Origin: a virus
Lineage: Duplodnaviria; Caudoviricetes
Strand: one strand, 5' to 3'
Virus record (IMG/VR): IMGVR_UViG_3300032242_001840
Coordinates: 1-51,586 of that record
Length of the DNA: 51,586 bases
The notes beneath the pieces were generated by a model. It saw nothing but the letters and a program-made list of their open reading frames with translations, made no database searches and was not told where the DNA came from. The translations under genes and the position numbers were made by a program. Numbering within the stretch: position 1 is the stretch's first letter; each line of letters opens with the position of its first letter. Below, piece by piece: positions 46,135-51,586 of this stretch.

Positions 46135-46898
46135 TGGTATTTCCTGACTGCCGCCGAAAGCATGCTCTCAAGCGTCCGCAGCACGTCCGCTTGGCATTCG
46201 GTGATTGTGTCTCGCATCAAATGCATGGCTGGCATCGGGGCGATAGTTTCGCCCGGCTTCAAGGTGATCGGATGCTGCTTTCTGCCGTCGCCGTTAGGGC
46301 CTGTGCCTGCAAAGTCTCTTGAGTACGAATTACCAGGCCCACGCTCGCGAAGGCTCCCCATGAGGAAGTAGTAGCCGGCCCCGGCATTGGCGAACTGCTT
46401 GTCGTTCATGCTCTTGCCGGGATGGAGTCGCATTTTTCGGTTGACCAACTGATGCACATTGACGTAGGTGCGACGATTCTCGGTTCCCGGCCGGCGTGGC
46501 CCACTGCCGAACTCGACCAGCCAACTGTGATTACCCGATTCTTGGCCTGGCTGCGAGCCGACGTTGCCCGTCTGTCTCGGGCCTGTTACATCGACAACGG
46601 CCCTGCTTCCGTTGGCGTTTTTGTAATTGCGGGGCATGGTTGTCACCGACTTGGCAAGATTGCCAGTGGCGACATGCTGTCGGGCTTTGTTCTTGTACGT
46701 TTCTTCAACAATTTTTGAGGCCGTGCGGACGGCATGCTTCAGAATCGCGTCCGAAAGAGCTTCTCCGAGCATCTTGTCAAGCTGTTCGTAGAGGTTGCGA
46801 ACGCCCGAAGTTCTGATGGTCACGAACTGGTTGAGTTGATGCAGCGCCGTCGTGCCGTCGATATCCCGCGGCGTGGCGTTGTGCCTGTAAAGCGCCAT
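46131..46898 (-). CDS. HK97 gp10-like neck/tail completion protein
   Basis: TGNLAKS, HSWLVEFGS, MPA motifs. Confidence 0.75.
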   Translation of the reverse strand: MALYRHNATPRDIDGTTALHQLNQFVTIRTSGVRNLYEQLDKMLGEALSDAILKHAVRTASKIVEETYKNKARQHVATGNLAKSVTTMPRNYKNANGSRAVVDVTGPRQTGNVGSQPGQESGNHSWLVEFGSGPRRPGTENRRTYVNVHQLVNRKMRLHPGKSMNDKQFANAGAGYYFLMGSLRERGPGNSYSRDFAGTGPNGDGRKQHPITLKPGETIAPMPAMHLMRDTITECQADVLRTLESMLSAAVRKYQ

Positions 46899-47215
46899 CA
46901 CTCCACCTCCCGTGCCAGGATTTCGTGCATCGTCCGCACATCCCGCTCGACAACGCTGGCAATCTCCAGCGTCTTGCCACGCCATAGCAAGCGGTGCTGG
47001 TGGGTAATGCCGGAGAAGAAGCGAATCCGAATTTTGTAGGTGACCAGCGCGTTGGCCTGCATGCCCATCATCACCTCGCGGCTGCTCAGACCGTTGACGC
47101 TCGCCCAGACCTCGCCGGCCGTCGCCCAGCCGATCGTTGACTCCCCAAGCGCATTGCGAACCGTCGTCGGTGCTTGGACGGTCACCCGCTCGCGAAGTGG
47201 GCCGGCGTTCTGCAT
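46898..47215 (-). CDS. Head closure protein
   Basis: AG.LRERVTVQ...VWA.V...IRIR. Confidence 0.9.
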   Translation of the reverse strand: MQNAGPLRERVTVQAPTTVRNALGESTIGWATAGEVWASVNGLSSREVMMGMQANALVTYKIRIRFFSGITHQHRLLWRGKTLEIASVVERDVRTMHEILAREVE

Positions 47216-47216
47216 T

Positions 47217-47543
47217 TCACCCCACCCACACGGCTGTGTAGCTTGAGGCCACGGCGGGGGCGGTGACCGTGATCGTCGCCGTCACCGGCAGGACGGCCAG
47301 CCGGCCTGCGGCGAAATCCATGCCTGCGACTCGCAGGACGCCGTTTCCCGTGTTCTTGAGGGCCAGGGTGGAGATTGACGCAGGAGCGGCCAATGTCACC
47401 GCAGAAGTCCCCACAGTGCCGCTGGTGGAGGAGCAATAGAGCGGCGAGAGCCTCAGATGCTCCGACTGCACTCCCACGACCAGCGTCGTGCCGTCGTTGT
47501 CCTGGTAAACCACATCGGTGTCGATTCTGGCTTGAATGCTCAT
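47217..47543 (-). CDS. Minor structural protein
   Basis: Beta-rich; within neck module. Confidence 0.6.
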   Translation of the reverse strand: MSIQARIDTDVVYQDNDGTTLVVGVQSEHLRLSPLYCSSTSGTVGTSAVTLAAPASISTLALKNTGNGVLRVAGMDFAAGRLAVLPVTATITVTAPAVASSYTAVWVG

Positions 47544-48223
47544 CGGTAGGCTCCCCAGTCAGCGGCGGCCCGCAGGGTGTCAAATGTCATCGGGATCGCA
47601 CCGTAGTTGCCGACGCCGACCGACTCACGATTGACGTACCAGTGGCCGACCAAGAGCAGAATTTCATTCCGGTGCAGCCGGGGGACGCTGTCGCCGCTGG
47701 CCCCGTATCCGGCCTGCCAACGGACGATGACGCTGTTCTCGTCCCCTCGCACCGGCGGCCAGTAGTTGGCGTAGAGCGGCAGAATGCGGCCGGGGACGGT
47801 GTAGCGATCGACCTGAAACTGGCTGGCGGTGCTGGTGATCGACTGCATGTTGCCTTCTTGGTCGCGGTAGGTGACCGTGATGGCGGCGTCCAGCATTGGC
47901 GGGCGGGGCAGAACAAGCTCCCACAACGGGAAACAGTAGTAGCGAGTCTCCCAGGTAGACGTAATCAGCGTCACGTCGTGGATTTCTTCCACATACTCGC
48001 GGGCGGTGCTGATCAGACCCTGGATATAGGCGTCGTCGGCCTCTGTATCAACGCGGCAGTGGGCCTTCGCCTCAAGCAGACTCACAGGCTCGACGGTTGG
48101 CTGCACAACTCGGGCAAGACTTCGGTACGGAGTGATCGTCGGCGAGGAGTTTCTCGGCAAACCGTACAAGACCGTCGTCATTACTGACGGGCTTTGCGGG
48201 GCAGAGTAGTCGATGGAACTCAT
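47540..48223 (-). CDS. Head-tail connector (phiE125 gp8-like)
   Basis: EPVSLLEAKAHCRVD...AGYG...LLVGHWY.NRE. Confidence 0.92.
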   Translation of the reverse strand: MSSIDYSAPQSPSVMTTVLYGLPRNSSPTITPYRSLARVVQPTVEPVSLLEAKAHCRVDTEADDAYIQGLISTAREYVEEIHDVTLITSTWETRYYCFPLWELVLPRPPMLDAAITVTYRDQEGNMQSITSTASQFQVDRYTVPGRILPLYANYWPPVRGDENSVIVRWQAGYGASGDSVPRLHRNEILLLVGHWYVNRESVGVGNYGAIPMTFDTLRAAADWGAYR

Positions 48224-48447
48224 TTCCTTCTCCGCACTTTGGTGTCTGGCATGTCTGCTCGTTCAAGTCCACGCTCCTCGGCGGCCTCGGCTGTTTCGAC
48301 CCGCTCTTCGGGGAACTCTTCAATGAACCCCTGCTTGATCAGTTCGATCGCCATGCCGCGATCCCAGTCAAAAACGCTGCCCACGGGGTAGGCACCGAAT
48401 CCGACCAGAACACGAATGCGAATGGCACCTTCTCGGACTGCACTCAT
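48220..48447 (-). CDS. Small head-region protein
   Basis: A.ELIKQG.IE; basic tail. Confidence 0.7.
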   Translation of the reverse strand: MSAVREGAIRIRVLVGFGAYPVGSVFDWDRGMAIELIKQGFIEEFPEERVETAEAAEERGLERADMPDTKVRRRK

Positions 48448-49172
48448 CGGACGATCCCCCATGCTTCCTTCGGGCCTGCGCCGCCCTTCCAATACTCGGT
48501 TGTGTGCTGCTGCACCTTGCCCGTGCCTGTTTCGCGGCTGGGCCAGGTAATCATCGGCTCGATGTGGCCGATCGACACCGCGGTAGCGATGCCCAAGGTG
48601 TTGCCGGCGGCCTTCCACTGATTCCAGAAGAAGATGTCTTCGTCAACGTGATCGGGAGCCTCCCAGGTGCCGTCCGCACCGGCGGCGGCGAGGAACCATG
48701 GCTTTGGCAGCTTCTTGAGTGCCGACACCCGAATCAGCGTCAGTCCGAAGTGGGCGGTGTCCACCAACTGCACCGACTTCTTGAACCAGGCGTCATCGAC
48801 ATCCTTCTTCTCCTCGGGGCCGACGCCCGGCAGGGAGAGCATAATCGTGTTCGCCTCTCGCTTGGTCTGGAGCGGGGCGAGGGCATCGACGCCAGAGTGG
48901 CAGAATAAGGCCACCAAAGCCTCGAATGTCTTGGTGGAGAAGACGCTGTCGTAATCAATGGTCAGGATTACGTCATTGTCGTCCATGACAAACTGCATGG
49001 CTCTCTCAAGGCACTGCCCCCAGAACGCGCCGGTGACGCGATACGGCGATATGCCGTGTGGGGCAAGTGCCTGAGAAACACAGAACATGTTGTCGGAGAA
49101 GGCGAGTCGCGGGGTGGACATCACCGCCGCGATCTTCAAGTCCGCTTCAATGTTCCCGGTACGAATCAGCAT
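48444..49172 (-). CDS. GT-A (GT2-like) glycosyltransferase within head module
   Basis: TIDYD (DxD), GLTLI, PWF, DEDIFF, IGH. Confidence 0.75.
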   Translation of the reverse strand: MLIRTGNIEADLKIAAVMSTPRLAFSDNMFCVSQALAPHGISPYRVTGAFWGQCLERAMQFVMDDNDVILTIDYDSVFSTKTFEALVALFCHSGVDALAPLQTKREANTIMLSLPGVGPEEKKDVDDAWFKKSVQLVDTAHFGLTLIRVSALKKLPKPWFLAAAGADGTWEAPDHVDEDIFFWNQWKAAGNTLGIATAVSIGHIEPMITWPSRETGTGKVQQHTTEYWKGGAGPKEAWGIVR

Positions 49173-49250
49173 CGAATCGCTCCTTGTAGGGAGCGGGCGC
49201 GCGTCCCTGCGCCTATTCGGCCATCCTTGGCCGTCCCGCAATATTGGGAC

Positions 49251-49688
49251 TTAACCGTTGACGATTGACAGCACACCAGCCGCCGTAGCGGACGATGGGC
49301 CGATGTGACCGCGGCTCAGGCGAGCCTCGATGGCGACGTTGACAGCCGTGGATGGCGTCACCAGCACCTTCAGGTAACGCTTCCGGTTGCGGCAGTCGAT
49401 TCCGATCTTGACCGCAGACACGCTGGTCGTGTCGGTCACGGTGGGGATCGTGAAACCGCCGGTGCCGCCGCCGACCAGTGCGGTCACGTCGGTGTAGGTG
49501 GAGTTGTCGTCAGACTCCTGCACCTTCAAGACGCTGGCGAAGGTCGTTGCGGAGTTGCTGGCCCGCGCCACCACAACGTCGGCGTAGTCGTAGTCCAGCC
49601 GATCGATCACCAAGTTCGCCGTGCCGCTGGAAGCGGTGGTCGAGGTGTCAAGGCTGAACAGTACCTTGGAAATCTGGGCGTGAATCAT
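49251..49688 (-). CDS. Capsid decoration/cement-like protein
   Basis: Follows capsid; KVQESDD...KRYLKV. Confidence 0.7.
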   Translation of the reverse strand: MIHAQISKVLFSLDTSTTASSGTANLVIDRLDYDYADVVVARASNSATTFASVLKVQESDDNSTYTDVTALVGGGTGGFTIPTVTDTTSVSAVKIGIDCRNRKRYLKVLVTPSTAVNVAIEARLSRGHIGPSSATAAGVLSIVNG

Positions 49689-49706
49689 GTCAGGCTGCTC
49701 CTAAGA

Positions 49707-51047
49707 TCAAGAGGCGGCAGTCTTGAGGGCGACCACAGGGCCGACCTCCGACGTGCTGCCGAGGGAGTGATGGTTGATGTCGAATCGCATGGTGCCTTGC
49801 AGGAGAAGCTGATCGGTGGTCGCGTAGACCTGGTCGTAGAGCTTGACGCTGAAGTCACGCCGCTTGGCAAGGATCGAGGAGAGCTTCATGTTTCCGAAGA
49901 TCACCTTGACGGCCGAAGGATCGCTGGTCAGCGTGGTGTTCATCACATGCACAAGGTTGACCTTGTAGCCGAGGAACTCCAAGCCAGCATCGCCACCGAT
50001 CTGCTGCACAGCGTTACCGCCGGCAGAGTACTTGAGGCGAGCCATCGAGGCCGCGAAGCCAGCGGGCGAGACATACCACTCTGCACCCTGGCGAGCGTAG
50101 AGCGGAACCTTGCCCATGACGTTAAGGAAGTCGTTGAGCGTCAGGCTGCCGAAGGTCGTGCCGCCGGTGGCCGCGGTAACCACCGAAGCGGTGTAGTTTC
50201 CGTTGTTAATCTTCGGCACGATACCGTAGATTCCGCCGTAGGTCTGGGTGCCGTCGCCGAGCCAGCCGCATTGGTCAATTTTAAGGGCCAAGCTAGTACT
50301 AAATTCAGTTGTTACCTGATCGGCCAAGTTCACCAGCGCGTCTTCCATCACCTCCGTAGAGAGGCGGCACGAACAGGCCAATTTTCGGGCGATCAACTGC
50401 ACATTGCCGTAGGTCGGCTCCGACTCGTTGATGCTTCCACCTTCGCCCACAAAGTAAGCGGAGCTTCCCGTGAGACGCTTGGGGATAATAAGGGTATCGC
50501 GAGCCATCGTCTGGGATTCAGCAGCCGGCGGGAAGGTTCCATACGTCTCGACAAGTCGGATCACGCGATCTGCGAGTACGTCGGGAACGAGGGTTCCGCC
50601 GGCCGAATTGACACCCTCGTTGAGGGCGCGGCTTTCGACGCCATGGTCGCTGCACCACCGCAGGTCTTCTTCCTTGCGGAAGATCGACGCCCGCAGCCAG
50701 CGGCCGACCTTGTAAGCATCTTCGACGGCCGCGGGGCTGTCGTTGAACGCCGAGAGCGAGCGATAGTCGATGCTTGCGACCTGTGCAGGCAGCTTCCGCT
50801 TCTCTGGCTCAGTGGCAGCAGGGGCGGGGGCGGCGGCAGGCTCGATGACGCTGCGGAGTTCCTTTTCCTTGGCAGCCAGACGCTGCTCGAACTCCAGGTC
50901 GGCCTTGACGGTGTCGGCCTCGGTGTCGAGCTTTCGCAGTTCTGCGGTCTGCTCGTCCGAACGCTCCGACACGCCGGCCAGTTCATTCATCCGCGCTGCA
51001 ACGGCAGCGGCACGATCCTGAAGACGCTTGAGATTCGATGCGGCCAT
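49707..51047 (-). CDS. Major capsid protein (HK97 fold with delta domain)
   Basis: N-terminal coiled coil, GGTLVP, VGEG, FGN, RFD. Confidence 0.95.
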   Translation of the reverse strand: MAASNLKRLQDRAAAVAARMNELAGVSERSDEQTAELRKLDTEADTVKADLEFEQRLAAKEKELRSVIEPAAAPAPAATEPEKRKLPAQVASIDYRSLSAFNDSPAAVEDAYKVGRWLRASIFRKEEDLRWCSDHGVESRALNEGVNSAGGTLVPDVLADRVIRLVETYGTFPPAAESQTMARDTLIIPKRLTGSSAYFVGEGGSINESEPTYGNVQLIARKLACSCRLSTEVMEDALVNLADQVTTEFSTSLALKIDQCGWLGDGTQTYGGIYGIVPKINNGNYTASVVTAATGGTTFGSLTLNDFLNVMGKVPLYARQGAEWYVSPAGFAASMARLKYSAGGNAVQQIGGDAGLEFLGYKVNLVHVMNTTLTSDPSAVKVIFGNMKLSSILAKRRDFSVKLYDQVYATTDQLLLQGTMRFDINHHSLGSTSEVGPVVALKTAAS

Positions 51048-51204
51048 GGTGGCTTTGGCTCCGTATGGTGCCAACCACCAGGCATAGCAAGGCGGCTGGC
51101 GGGTGATGTTGTCCCGCTAGCGCGCCGCGACTTGTGCCGCTCGCACTGCTCTCTGCAAAATCCATCGCAGAGCAATGTGTCAGTCTGTAGCTTACACCAG
51201 AATG

Positions 51205-51586
51205 TTACTGCCGTGCAACTGACTTGAGGAGCGCGGCGCGAAGTGATGCCGCTCTGCCTGCGTAATCGATCGGTGGCGTAACAACTGCTGGCGTAGTTTC
51301 TGGCGGCGCTTCGCTGCGGCCCGCCGGTGCCATCGTCATCTTGTCAGCGGGGATAACCCACAACTTGCAGACGCCGCCGGCTTCGATCTCGCCAGCGACC
51401 GCCTCGCACTTCCCGCCGCCCTTGAACATCACGCAGTTGGCACACACCAAGCCTGAGTCAGCAAATGGGCTTTCGCGCATGTAGTGTGCGCCGTTGGCAC
51501 CGTCCTGCGGCCACTGGCCGTTGACTTCGGCGATGCCTTCGATCGCTTCGTGCAGTTGGTCGTTTGCCGGTGTCAAGTCGTAGGCA
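51205..51586 (-). CDS. C-terminus of probable prohead protease with HiPIP-like Cys domain (partial)
   Basis: Frame open to window edge; directly upstream of capsid; CANC..F...C..V.G.I...G.C..W. Confidence 0.6.
   Translation of the reverse strand, partial: AYDLTPANDQLHEAIEGIAEVNGQWPQDGANGAHYMRESPFADSGLVCANCVMFKGGGKCEAVAGEIEAGGVCKLWVIPADKMTMAPAGRSEAPPETTPAVVTPPIDYAGRAASLRAALLKSVARQ

Larger units (their letters stand above)
1..51586. mobile_element. Tailed phage genome segment (siphovirus-like, possibly temperate)
   Basis: Capsid, neck, tail, tape measure, fibres, recombinase and replication genes in canonical order; no host housekeeping genes. Confidence 0.97.

Noticed and set aside
49305-51227. 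640-aa plus-strand ORF (also 2589-3836 minus)
   Set aside because: Antisense shadows of well-supported genes in high-GC DNA
1-51586. Stop-codon reassignment
   Set aside because: Conserved genes are full length under the standard bacterial code and use all three stops

Overview
The whole window is most of a GC-rich, siphovirus-type (HK97-fold capsid, long tape measure) tailed phage genome; a Planctomycetota host is plausible from gene content but is inference only. Terminase and portal lie outside the window. Read on the minus strand from the right end: probable prohead-protease C-terminus, major capsid, neck and tail genes, tail tip, a nucleotide-metabolism trio, repeat-rich tail fibres, a plus-strand tyrosine recombinase, replication genes (SNF2 helicase, primase-polymerase, UvrD helicase), CsrA, PhoH, a tRNA-like element, a glycosyltransferase/methyltransferase cluster, a membrane/papain-like peptidase cassette and a packaging-type HNH. 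The first ~6.2 kb is a plus-strand early region of small ORFans. The strongest unexplained signals are regulatory. (1) A polar bipartite motif CCCCG-N6-GAAAC occurs in 21 exact copies in the first 6.7 kb, precedes most early start codons and is also embedded in covarying hairpins. (2) A palindrome GTAG-N-CTAC overlaps several sigma70-type promoters. (3) A phage CsrA is accompanied by CANGGANG hairpin boxes at key translation starts. (4) Four proteins share a C-terminal DPT..I..R...W motif, three with GcrA-like HTH domains. All counts and coordinates were read by eye; no database searches were run.
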